Assembly: GCF_963921235.1 (NCBI RefSeq)
Contig: NC_086108.1
Span: 59,398,001 to 59,462,000 of the forward strand
Origin: Mobula hypostoma
Taxonomy: Eukaryota
Direction: 5' to 3'
DNA: 64,000 bases
Of the stretch, positions 1 to 11,352 are shown piece after piece (the stretch's first letter is position 1; the number at the start of each line of letters is the position of its first letter). The notes beneath the pieces were generated by a model. The model saw nothing but the letters and a program-made list of their open reading frames with translations, was not told where the DNA came from and did no database searches. The translations under genes were made by a program, and so were the position numbers.

Positions 1-21
1 TGCGCCAATCTGCCAAACTCA

Positions 22-590
22 GGCCTAAGGTAGAAGGAGTCAATTTTAGAAAACCTAGCGCATTTATTTTTCCTACATATGCACACTTAGTCCAGTGGTC
101 TTGGAGCATACGGATCCCTTCTTTGTAGAAGTGGTCCACAGCAGGGGTGATTGATAAGTTTGTGGCCTAAGGTAGAAGGATATGAGTTATTAACTTCAAA
201 CTTTCTGCATTATCACTCAAAGAATTGAACTGCATGTGCATGTAACGAGAGCGTCTTGGACCCCCAGGTGGTCCACAGCAGGGGTAATTGAGAAGTTCGT
301 GGCCTTAGGTAGAAGGAGATGAGTTATACAGCTCTCGTTGCATGCATGTGCAGCTCAACTCTTTAAGTGAAAATGCAGAAAGTTTGAAGTTAATAACATA
401 GGCCATGAACTTATCAATCACCCCTGCTGTGGACCACTTTCTGGAGGTCCAAGACGCCGACTTCCACAAAGTAGGAATCCATATGCTCCACGACCGCTGG
501 ACTACGTGTGTAAATGTAGGAAAAATAAGTGTGCTAGGTTTTCTAAAGTTGACGCCTATCTTAGGCCACGAACTTATCAATCACCCCTCG
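22..590. mobile_element. Mariner-type palindromic MITE, left end truncated
   Basis: Right TIR ...GGCCACGAACTTATCAATCACCCCTCG is followed by TA (591-592). Internal TIR-like copies GGGGTGATTGATAAGTTTGTGGCCTAAGG occur in both orientations. Same family as 42246-42561. Confidence 0.8.
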
Positions 591-1185
591 TATATCAGAA
601 TACCTCATTCTGATCACTTGCAGAAAAATGCACAAAAAGAAATCTGCTGCGATTCATACACTGCAGAGGTGATTCCACTAAATGCATATCATCCGTGGCT
701 ATTGATGAGAATACATAACCAATTTATGTATTTTACATTATGTATTTTGATAGTTACCCTAAGTCTGTGTAAGTTTAATTTGTATTTTCAGTTATTTACA
801 TTACAGTGAGCTCTGTAACATGATAAATGACATACATGTTGGAATAGTAATGATTACAATGGACTGCATTTAGGAAAAGCATACATAGTTGGCAACAACA
901 ATTCATTTTTGGCAGTGTTGAATTTGTCCCTTTTCATTGAGCAGCATTCTGAATGGGCCGCAGAAACATTCCACACTCGACGAAGAAGGGATTGCTGGAG
1001 GAGAGGAGCAGTCCAGTGAGCACAAGTAGTAAGTAGATAAATCTTGTCAGTGTCAGGTTGGGCAGATGAATGGAGCAACTAATTCTGAGGACACTGGAAA
1101 CAATGGATCATGCAATGATATTAAAATAAAAAGGCAACTGTTTCTAGGTTGCCAAATGGTGCTAAATTTTCACTTCAAATCCTCA

Positions 1186-1667
1186 AGTTAAGACTTTTTC
1201 GTGTGCTTTCACAGAACTTGTTTGTACAGTTGCATTTTGTGTCAGTGGCTTCTAAGGAGCACCCCTTGAATTTTGATATTACATTCATGTCCAGTCCCTT
1301 TGGATGACCGCTGTTCAATACAAAAAACAACCTTTATGTGATCATCATCTGTACTGCCCTGTATGTGCTTTGCTGTAAATGAAAGAAATCATCATGAAAT
1401 GTGATGGGATGATATACTCTCGGACTGGAGTGCCTAGACCTTTAGCACCAAATCTTTCAGCTGGTGTGAGCTTTTTTTTCCCAGATCAGAGAGAACAAAT
1501 ATGGACCATAATTGTTGTAGGACCTTCTAAGTGCATGACCAGCTAGTGCTTAGAAACTTCAGGGCATGAATGTGGTACCCATAGTTGGAGGTGCTCCTTA
1601 GAAGCCACTTACACAAAATGCAACTGTGCAAATAAGTTCTGTGAAAGTACAAGAAAAGGACTTAACT
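1186..1667. mobile_element. Old non-autonomous DNA element with about 80-bp terminal inverted repeats
   Basis: 1186-1264 (AGTTAAGACTTTTTC..GGCTTCTAAGGAGCACC) is a near reverse complement of 1588-1667. Termini are TTAAG...CTTAA. Confidence 0.65.
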
Positions 1668-1804
1668 GCGGGGGTGGGGGGGTAGAGGTGATTATTTAGC
1701 ACCTCTTTTGGCAATCTAGAAACAGTTGCCTTTTTTTTCCAATATCTTTGCATGCTCTATTACTTCCAGTGGCCTCAGAATGATTTGCTCCATTCGTCTG
1801 CTCA

Positions 1805-2320
1805 ACCTGACCAGAAATTACTCTCCTCACCACCAGTGTCCCTTTGATCACTAAACTCCACCTCTCCTCCAGCAATACCTTCTTTAATATAAACACAGAA
1901 AGGTGTTGGGAAAGGGCCAGTAACATCATGAACGATCCCACCCATCTAGCTCATGGACTCTCATCAGGGAGGAGATTATGTAGCATTCAAGCCAGGACCA
2001 CCAGACTCAAACATTTACTTTCCCCAAGCAGTAAAGCTGATCAACACCCCGACTCACTAACCCACCCCACCATACCCCAATCACCTATACTTTATCATTT
2101 TCTGTCAGTCACCTTATATACAGACACTCCTTGCCTGGCATCATTTTATGGACATACAATAAATCAAAACATATAAGCTACCTTACATATTTAGATTTAT
2201 TGTTTTTATTATTAACGCATTTTTTATTTTATTTTATTTTTTGTGCTATATTGGATCAGGAGTGACAATTATTTTGTTACTGATTTACACGTGTACTGAA
2301 ATAACATTAAGCAACCTTGA
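1805..2320 (+). mobile_element. Rex1/Babar LINE 3' fragment
   Basis: C-terminal motif IMNDPTHLAHGL..SGRRLCSIQARTTRL followed by an AT-rich 3'UTR. Confidence 0.75.
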
Positions 2321-2442
2321 ATCTCCTGAACTTAATTGCTCCACGGTCTCTGCAGAGGATGGAGAATCCAAACATTGCTACCATGCATGGCATAACTTCA
2401 CAAGTCAAAGTAGAATTTTGATGTCCTATTCACTTAATTAAT

Positions 2443-2773
2443 TTCACAGGACGTGGACATCATCGGTCATTTCAACGGACATGACCGTTCCCTAATTGCT
2501 CTGAATTGACAAATTAAACAGGTCTCAAGTCGTATATACTGTAGGTCAGAAAAAGCAGATACCTTCCCTGAAGGACAATACAGTACAAAATAGGTTTTTA
2601 ATGATAATCTGGACATCACAAAACTGATTCTGCTATCTTTAACTCCAGATTTATTTAATTAATTTTAATTAAAATCCCTAATTGTTATGTAGGACTTCTA
2701 GCAAAGGCTCTAGGTCAATGGACCAAAACTATCACTACTATTTCAGTAATTTAACCACTATATCACTACACCC
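2443..2773 (-). mobile_element. SacSINE1-like tRNA-derived SINE, degenerate
   Basis: The minus strand reads GTGATATAGTGGTTAAATTACTG...AAATCTGGAG...GTCCTTCAGGGAAGG...GCAATTAGGGA, resembling a shark SINE consensus recalled from memory. Confidence 0.55.
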
Positions 2774-2794
2774 TGAGTAGCCTAATAACCATTA

Positions 2795-3060
2795 TGGAGG
2801 GGTGAAGAGATTAGCTGTTTAGAATTGAGATGAGGAGAAATATCTGGACTCAATTGCCAATTTTTGGAAATCTTTAGCCTCAAGGACTGTAGATGCTCAG
2901 TCGCTGAATATTCTCTGAGATATTTGGACATTGAGTGAATAAAGGTATTTAGGGATTAAGCTGGAAATTAGATAAAGCAGAGATCAGCCATGATGTCAAT
3001 GAACAGTGGTTCTTGTGAGGCAGATCATATCATCCACAGGTGTTTCTACTTCTTATGAGC
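2795..3060 (+). mobile_element. CR1 LINE 3' fragment
   Basis: TTTAGAATTGAGATGAGGAGAAAT and AGATCAGCCATGAT CR1 3' motifs. Confidence 0.65.
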
Positions 3061-5029
3061 TCTAGCTTCACTCCTATCTATATTTTCTGCATGCTTACAG
3101 TAATAGACTATTATAATCATTTAATTTAGATCGGGGCATTACAGAAGTTCTAACGATAGCACAACAATAAATCAAGTCAAAGAATCTGGCTTTCTAAACA
3201 CAAATGCTCCTAAAAGTTTGAGAAAGCTAACACTATCTGTAATATCCATTCAATATGGCAGATTAACTTCTGCTAACTCCAATTGCCTGAAGACTCTTCA
3301 TACTTGTGAGGGGCTTATTTAACTGTTAAATAATTAAGCCTGCATGTAGTATTAACTCTAAACATAATCAGTTGAAGGTGTACACTTATCACTGGTACTG
3401 CTGTATTCTTAAAAGAAACTCTTTAAAGTTCTAACCTTAATCATAAAGATGGGATCTAACAAATAATTACAGTACCTGCTACTGGAATGTCACAGTCAAG
3501 AGGAACATTTACTTATTTTCATATGAAAGTATACTTCAATACAAATTATCATAATTCCCACCAATTAAAAGCAATCTATATTCTTCCTTAAGTAAATCTT
3601 AGCCATATCTGTACCTTAATGTTGACAAGCTTGAATCATACGTATTCATAAATAAATGGTACTAACTAAATGCACTAAATAAGCTATTTTTAAACAATAA
3701 TATCCAGTTTTTAAATCAACCTTGCAAATAGTACTTTATTCTTCTTTTGCCATTAGATCTTCTTGTCCATTCCCAGGCTAAATACAGTCCTACATGGAAG
3801 GTGTGGCAACCTATTCGAGTTTACTGATGAAACTGTTCTGTTCATGCCATGTTTAAAAATAATCATAACTGAATGTTTGATTCACTGTGCATGTGAGGTA
3901 TACCTAATGTTTTCGCATTATTATATCTAGGTTATAGCACAATCGATGAAGGAAACAACCTCCATCCCTTCATTGCTCCTTTTGAATAATCTGTATTAAA
4001 TTCTAAATCTATACTGGAAGCATGTGCTACTGCCAACATAAAGCTTGCACTGTACATACAGAGAGAGTTTGCTAGCTTGTGCTGAATCATGGACAGCTAT
4101 GCTATCCAAACTCAGGGCAGGGAGAGTCCCTGTAGCCACAGGAAATAAACATTGTGTCATCAAAATCAGCATGCTAACCCATTTTCCATTTTGCTTCCTA
4201 TCCATTCATCTCATATTTAGTGGAATCCATTGTTCCCTTAAGCAGCCATGCAGCCTTTTTTTAAAACAGTCAGCTCCCACTGACATTTATCTCCATATCG
4301 TACATGGGCATACTTTATGCAAGTGACTGAGTTAATGTTATGTGAGATATTGTGCAGTTCAATTTGTAAGTTACTTTGTGCCACAATAGAATATGATAAG
4401 AGTTGCTTGGTAATTCAGTACACAGCTGTTCATGGATTGATAAGAGAATAAATAGATAAACACTTGCTCAATTCAATGGATTCCTTACGTAATTCAAAAA
4501 TGGCAATCTCTCTGTGTGATCACTTTCAAAGACTCCAACAAAAGTCACTTCCCTCCATAGTCTCTGCTCCTTGGTCTCTGCTCCTTGGTCTCTACATCTG
4601 ATCCATAATTTCTCAGCACAACATAAAGAACAGGAAGGTCCTGGTGCAAAGGTACAACGTGAAATTCTCAACAATTAGAAGTTGCTAAATAGTAACATTC
4701 TTTGGATCTCAGGGAAGTTCCCATCTTGCATTGTAATTAATACTTGTGTCTACAAAACACAGCTCTGATAGGGACCATCTCTGGAAATTTATTCTTTCCA
4801 AGCAAGCTTTTGCTGAAATATATATTTTGGAACAATCGAACATTAAGCAACTACTATAAAAAAAAATTGAGGCAGATTTGTAAATCAGATTTGTGAAGCA
4901 TACAATATTTTCTTCCATCACACTAACCACTATACTCAAAGTTCAGAGTAAATTTATTATCAAAGTATATGTATGTCATCATATACAACCCTGAGGTTCT
5001 TTTTGTGGGCATTCACAGTAAAAACATGA

Positions 5030-7590
5030 AAAGGGTGAATGCAGGACTGAAGGTGTTATGTGTGAATGCACACAGTATACAGAATAGGTAGGTGAACTTG
5101 CAAGCATGGTTGCAGATTGGCAGGTATGATGTTGTAGACATCACTGAATCATGGGTGAAAGAAGATTATAGCTGGGAGCTTAATGTCCAAGGATACACAT
5201 TGTATTGAAAAGACACGTAGGAAGGTGGGGGGAGAGGGGGGCAGCATTGCTCTGTTGGTAAAAAATGAAATCAAATCATCAGAAAGAAGTGACTTAAGGT
5301 CGGAAAGTGATGAATCATTGTGGATAGAGATAAGGAACCGCAAGGGTAAAAAGACTCTGATGGGAGTTGTATACAGACCCCCAAACAGTAGTAAGGATGT
5401 GACCTACAAATTACAATGGGAGATAGGGCAATGTTACAATAGTCATGGGGGATTTCAATATACGAGTAGATTGGGAAAATTATGTTGCTGCTGGATTCCA
5501 GGAGGGGGAATTTCTAGAGTGCCTACAAGAGGGCTTTTTTAAGCAGCTCGTCCTTGAGCCCACTGGGGGATCAGCTATTCTGGATTGGGTGCTGTGCAAT
5601 AAACTGGAATTGATTAGATCACTTAAGGTAAAGGAACCCTTAGGGACAAGTGATCATAATATGATCGAATCTATCGTGAAATTTGAGAAGGAGAAGCTAA
5701 AGTCAAATTTATCAGTATTACAGTGGAGAAAAGGGAATTACAGAGCCCTGAGATAGGAGTTGGCTGAAATTGATTGGGATAGAACACTGGAAGGGATGAA
5801 GACAGAGCAGCAACGGCTGGAACTTCTGGAAGCAATTCGGAAGGCACAGGATATATCTATCCCAAAGAGGAAGAAGTATTCTAAAGGTAGGATGACACAA
5901 CCATGGCTAACAAGAGAAGTCAAAGCCAACATAAAAGCCAAAGAGAGTACATATAATACAGCAAAAATTAGTTGGAAGTTAGAGGATTGGGAAGCCTTTA
6001 AAAACCAACAGAAGGCAACTAAAAAAGTCACTAAGAAGGAAAAAGATAGAATATGAAAATAAGCGAGCCAATAATATTAAAGAGGACATCAAAAGTTTCG
6101 TCAGACACATAAAGTGTAAAAGAGAGGCGCAAGTGTATATCGGACCGCTGGAAAGTGATGCTGGAGAAGCAGTAGTGGGAGCCAAGAAAACAGCAGACAA
6201 ACTGACTAAATATTTTGCATCAATCTTCAGTATGGAAGACACCTGCTGTACGGTGTAAGTTTCAGAGTGTCAGGGGTCAGGAGCGTGTGAAGTTGCCATT
6301 AATAGGGAGAAGGTCATTGGAAAAAAGAAAGGTCTGAAAGTAGATAAGACACCTGAACCAGATGGTGTTCTGGAACCCCAGTGTTCCAAAAGAGGTGGCT
6401 GAAGAGGTTGTGGAGGCATTAGTAATGATCGTTCAAGCATTACTAAATTCTGGAATGGTTCTGGAAAACTAGAAAATTGCAAATGTCACTTCACTCTTCA
6501 AGAAGGGAGAGAGGAAGAAGAAAAGAAATTATAGGCCAGTTAGTCTGACCTAAGTGGTTCGAAAGATATTGGAGTCAATTGCTAAGAATGTGGTTTTGGG
6601 GTACTTGGAGGCACAAGAAAAAATAGGCCAAGGTCAGCATAATTTCCTCAAGGGAAAATCTTACCTGACAAATCTATTGGAATTATTTGAAGAACTTGGA
6701 TTTTCAGAAAGCCTTTGACAAGGTGCCACACATGAGGCTGCAATAACAAATTAAGAGCCTATGGTATTACAGGAAAGATACAAACATTGATAAAGCAGTA
6801 GCTGATTGGCAGGAGGCAAAGTGTGGAAACAAAGGAAGCCTTTTCTGGTTGGCTGCTGGTGAGTAGTGATGTTCCACAGGGGTCTGTGTTGGGACTGCTT
6901 CTTTTTGCATTATATGTCAATGACTTGTATGACGGAATTGATGGTCTTGTTGCAAAGTTTGCTGACAAAATGAAGATAGGTAGAAGGGAAGGTTGTTTTG
7001 AGGAAGTAGAGAGGCCACTTAAGTATGTAGACTGGCAAGGAGAATGGGAAAAGAAGAGACAGATGGAATATAGTGTCAGGATGTGTGTAGTCATGCACTC
7101 TGGTATGAAAAAGAAAAGAGTAGACTATTTTCTTAATGGAGAGAAAATTCAAAAATCTGAGTCGCAAAGGAACTTGGGAGTCCTTGTGCAGGATTCCCTA
7201 AAGATTCATTTGCAGGTTAGTCAGTGGCAAGGAAGGCAAATCTGATGTTAGCATTCATTTCAAGAGGACTAACCTATAAAAGGAAGAATGTAATGTTGAG
7301 ACTTTATAAGGCACTGGTAAGACCTCACCTGGAATACTGCGAACATTTATCTTAGAGAGGATGTGCTGACACTGGAGAGGATTCAAAGTAGGTTTACGAA
7401 AATGATTGCAGGATTCAATGGCTTGTCATGAAGAACATTTGATGGTTCTGGGTCTCTATTCATTAGAATTCAGAAGAATGAGGGGTAACATAATTGAAAC
7501 CTATCAAATGATTAAAGGCCTTGATAGAGTGGATGTTTACTAAGGTGGGAGAGTCTAAGACCAGAGGACACAGCCTCAGAATCGAAGGGC
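5030..7590 (+). mobile_element. CR1 LINE ORF2 remnant (endonuclease + RT), frameshifted
   Basis: ORF fragments GVVYRPP, MGDFN, LGTSDHN, PWLTRE, VPQGSVLG and KFAD, with multiple stops and frameshifts. Confidence 0.9.
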
Positions 7591-7594
7591 GTAC

Positions 7595-7900
7595 AGAGTT
7601 TTGTGTTGCACCTGTACTGATGGAGATTCTGGAGGAGATGTTGTTGCCAATCCGACTGACTTGTGTCTGCAAGTGAGGAAATTGAGGATTCACTTACACT
7701 AGAAGGCACTTAGGCCTAGGTCTTGAAGCTTATTGATTAGCTCTGAGGGGATGAGAGGTCGAATGCCGAGCTATAATCTATGTACACTGTTTTGATGTAC
7801 GCTGTCCAGATGCACTGGGGTTGAGTGATGTGCCAATGAAATAGCATCTGTTGTTGACCTGTTATGGCAGTAGGCAAATTGGATCAGGTCGGAGTACATT
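7595..7900 (-). mobile_element. Rex1/Babar RT fragment
   Basis: The minus strand resembles the QFAY..STTDAI / DYSSAF / STGATQ region of Rex1 RT (compare 44280-44580 on +). Confidence 0.65.
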
Positions 7901-8324
7901 CTTCCATCCAGCCCTATTTCTTTTTGCATCATCTCTGGAAAGAAATTTCTGCCAGCTCAATTACATCTGGCCTTTAACTCTCCATTTGACGTAATGTTTT
8001 GCTCCAACACATTCTCATCTCTTTGACATTTGCTCACTTTAAAACAAAATACCTCACTTGACTCACCAGCCCATACTGTGGACAACCCTCATCTCTGTTC
8101 CACGTCTCAAAGCACAAGAGGCACTAACCCAAATAAATGGGATAACTGTTTAACCATTCACATTCAAATCTGGTTCACTTAGGTAAAGCCCAATCAGACT
8201 TTTCTCCAATTTACAAAAAATAAATACTGTTTACAACCTAGAGGATTATCCTGGAATGCATAGGTAATTTTAGGCTGTAATTTCCTGCTGAATTTTTTAA
8301 AATGCATTTGTGCATCTCAGAGAT

Positions 8325-8948
8325 TACTCAAGTTCCTGGGTGTCAAGATCTCCGAGGATCTAACATGGTCCCAACATATCAATGCAGCTGTATTTCATTA
8401 GGAGTCTGAGGAGATTTGGTTTGTCACCTAAAACACAAAAGCTTCTATAGATGCACCATGGAGAGCATTCTGATAGGCTGCATCGCTGTCTGGTATTGGC
8501 GGGAGTTAGGGGCTATTGCACAGGACCAAAAGAAGCTACAGAAAGTTGTAAAATTAGTCAGCTCCATCATACGTACAAACCTCCACAGTATCCAAGACAC
8601 CTTTGCGCCTTGAGTCACCCAGAACATGCCCTCTTCTCCTTGTTACCATCAGGAAGGAGGTACAGAAGCCTGAAGGCAGACCTTCTGTGATTCAGGAACA
8701 GCTTCTTCCCCTCTGCCATATGATTTCTAAATGGGCATTGAACCCATGAACACTACCTTACTATTTATATATATATATATTTCTGTTTTGCACTATTTCC
8801 AGTCTAACTATTTAATATATATCCTTACTATAATTGATTTACTTATTTTTTTTCTTTCTATATTATCATGTATTGCATTCTGCTGCTGTTGCTAAGTTGA
8901 AAAATTTCACGACACATGCTGGTGATAATAAACCTGATTCTGATTCTA
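8325..8948 (+). mobile_element. Rex1/Babar 3' fragment
   Basis: FYRCTMESIL and HALFSLLPSGRRYRSL motifs, ending in AATAAACCTGATTCTGATTCT. Confidence 0.85.
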
Positions 8949-9670
8949 GCATCTTGAGGAGTTTTGCAGAAGTTGATGATTAGTAGAGTCTATTTTAAAA
9001 TTGGTACAAGACTCTTAGATTTTGTTTAATTGACATGATTAACACAGACAAACGCAGAGGTGAAGGAGGATTACATCTTTTTTTTATATGTGCAGAAATA
9101 AAGAGCAAACATAACATAAAACACTGGCTCAGTATAACTGACTGTATTTTGAGCCAAAAAATAAACAACACAACTAAATAAAAGCACAGGCTCTATGGTT
9201 TGCACCATCCCTTCATTCCATTATTAGCACAAAAACATATTTTTTACAAAAGGAACATCAGAACCACCACATAAACACTGCAACAACATATTTTTTTTAT
9301 TTGCTAAAGATATTTCTACCTTGTTAAGGTATGTTCAAATTGCAGTTTTGGAACAATATGGCTTGCAGGCAGTTATCTGTTAACAACATCAAAGACAACA
9401 GCTTGAACTCGAGCTGGAAGGAATGAACAATTGAAAGACAAATACACTTTGACCCACTGAACAGAAATTCTTTGACAGCTTGGGATGGTTATAGTGCAGT
9501 GGCAGTAATGCAATAGTTCAGGACTGGAGATGCCGGCAATAAAGACGATGAAGATCAAGAAAGACAGAGGACAAGAAAGGAAGCATATGGGGAGGCAGGT
9601 TTGGTGGAAAATGTATCTAGTAGTAAAAAATGCATAACAAGAATAGTCTGCAAACACTTTCACAAAAAAA

Positions 9671-11151
9671 CAACACACATCAAAGTTGCTGGTGAACGCA
9701 GCAGGCCAGGCAGCATCTGTAGGAAGAGGTACAGTCGACGTTTTGGGCCGAGACCCTTCGTCAGGACTAACTGAAAGAAGAGTTAGTAAGAGATTCAAAA
9801 GTGGGAGGAAGAGGGGTAGATCCAAAATGATAGGAGAAGACAGGAGGGGGAGGGATGGAGCCAAGAGCTGGACAGGTGATTGGCAAAAGGGATATGAGAG
9901 GATCATGGGACATGAGGCCCAGGGAGAAGGAAAAGGGGGAGGGGGGAAAAAACCCAGAGGATGGGCAAGGAGTATAGTCAGAGGGACAGAGGGAGAAAAA
10001 GGAGAGAGAGAGAAAGAATGTGTGTATATAAATAAATAACGGATGGGGTACGAGGGGGTGGTGGGGCATTAGCAGAAGTTAGAGAAGTCAATGTTCATGC
10101 CATCAGGTTGGAGGCTACCCAGACGAAATATAAGGTGTTGTTCCTCGAACCTGAGTGCGGCTTCATCTTTACCTAGAGGAGGCCGTGGATAGACATATCA
10201 GAATGGGAATGGGATGTGGAATTAAAATGTGTGGCCACTGGGAGATCTTGCTTTCTCTGCCGGACAGAGCGTAGGTGTTCAGCAAAACAATCTCCCAGTC
10301 TGCGTCGGGTCTCGCCAATATATAGAAGGCCACATTGGGAGCACCGGACGCAGTATATCACTCCAGCCGACTCACAGGTGAAGTGTCGCCTCACCTGGAA
10401 GGACTGTCTGGGGCCCTGAATGGCGGTAAGGGAGGAAGTGTAAGGGCATGCGTAGCACTTGTTCTGCTTACAAGGATAAGTGCCAGGAGGGAGATCAGTG
10501 GGGAGGGATAGGGTGACGAATAGACAAGGGAGTCGCTTAGGGAGCGATCCCTGCGGAAAGCAGAGAGGGGGGAGAGGGAAAGATGTGCTTAGTGGTGGGA
10601 ACACGTTGGAGGTGGCGGAAGTTACGGAGAATAATATGTTGGACCCGGAGGCTGGTGGGGGTGGTAGGTGAGAACCAGGGGAACCCTATTCCTAGTGGGG
10701 TGACGGGAGGATGGAGTGAGAGCAGATGTGCGTGAAATGGGGGAGATGCATTTGAGTGCAGAGTTGATGGTAGAGGAAGGGAAGCCCCTTTCTTTAAAAA
10801 AGGTGCACATCTCCTTGTCCTGGAATGAAAAGCCTCATCCTGAGATCAGATGCAGCGGAGACAGAGGAATTGCGAGAAGAGGATGGCATTTTTTCAAGAG
10901 ACAGGGTGAGAAGAGGAATAGTCCAGGTAGCTGTGAGAGTCAGTAGGCTTATAGTAGACATCAGTAGATAAGCTGTCTTGAGAGATAGAGACAGAAAGAT
11001 CTAGAAAGGGGAGGGAGGTGTCGGAAATGGAACAATGCAGTCGTCAATGTAGCGAAGGAAGAGTGGGGGACAGATACCAGAATAGGTTTGGAACATAGGT
11101 CGTTCCACAAAGCCAACAAAAAGACAGGCATAGCTAGGACCCATACGGGTG
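9671..11151 (-). mobile_element. Neptune-type Penelope-like element, 5'-truncated (left arm of inverted dimer)
   Basis: RT motif LFLRYIDDCI, Cys linker GTYPCKQNKCYAC and GIY-YIG motif GVIYCVRCSQCGLLYIGET. There is an internal deletion of about 80 nt near 11030. It is the reverse complement of the 3' part of 11353-13638. Confidence 0.92.
9733..9768 (-). ncRNA. Penelope minimal hammerhead ribozyme motif, core mutated (GAAA->AAAA)
   Basis: AGTC-CTGACGA-A-GGG TCTCGG CCC-AAAA-C-GTC-GACT. Confidence 0.7.
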
Positions 11152-11298
11152 AACAAAAAGACAGGCATTGCTAGGACCCATATGGGTGAACAAAAAGACA
11201 GGCAGAGCTAGGACCCATACGCGTGAACAAAAAGACTGGCATAGCTAGGACCCATATGGGTGAACAAAAAGACTGGCATAGCTAGGAGCCATATGGGT
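11115..11298. repeat. 5 x 37-bp tandem repeat of Penelope RT sequence
   Basis: Unit AACAAAAAGACAGGCATAGCTAGGACCCATAYGGGTG starts at 11115, 11152, 11189, 11226 and 11263. Confidence 0.95.
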
Positions 11299-11352
11299 TT
11301 CTCCTTTGGCTCCTCCCACTTCCTCCAAACTAAAGGTGTAGCTATGGGCACC

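Noticed and set aside
9373..10069. Long overlapping ORFs in Penelope 3' tails (also 13202-13740 and 32613-33064)
   Set aside because: Low-complexity pyrimidine/purine-skewed UTR sequence is stop-poor, and these ORFs show no protein motifs.
11115..11298. CRISPR-like array of 37-bp repeats
   Set aside because: There are no spacers, the unit is Penelope RT sequence (compare 12046-12082), and the context is eukaryotic.
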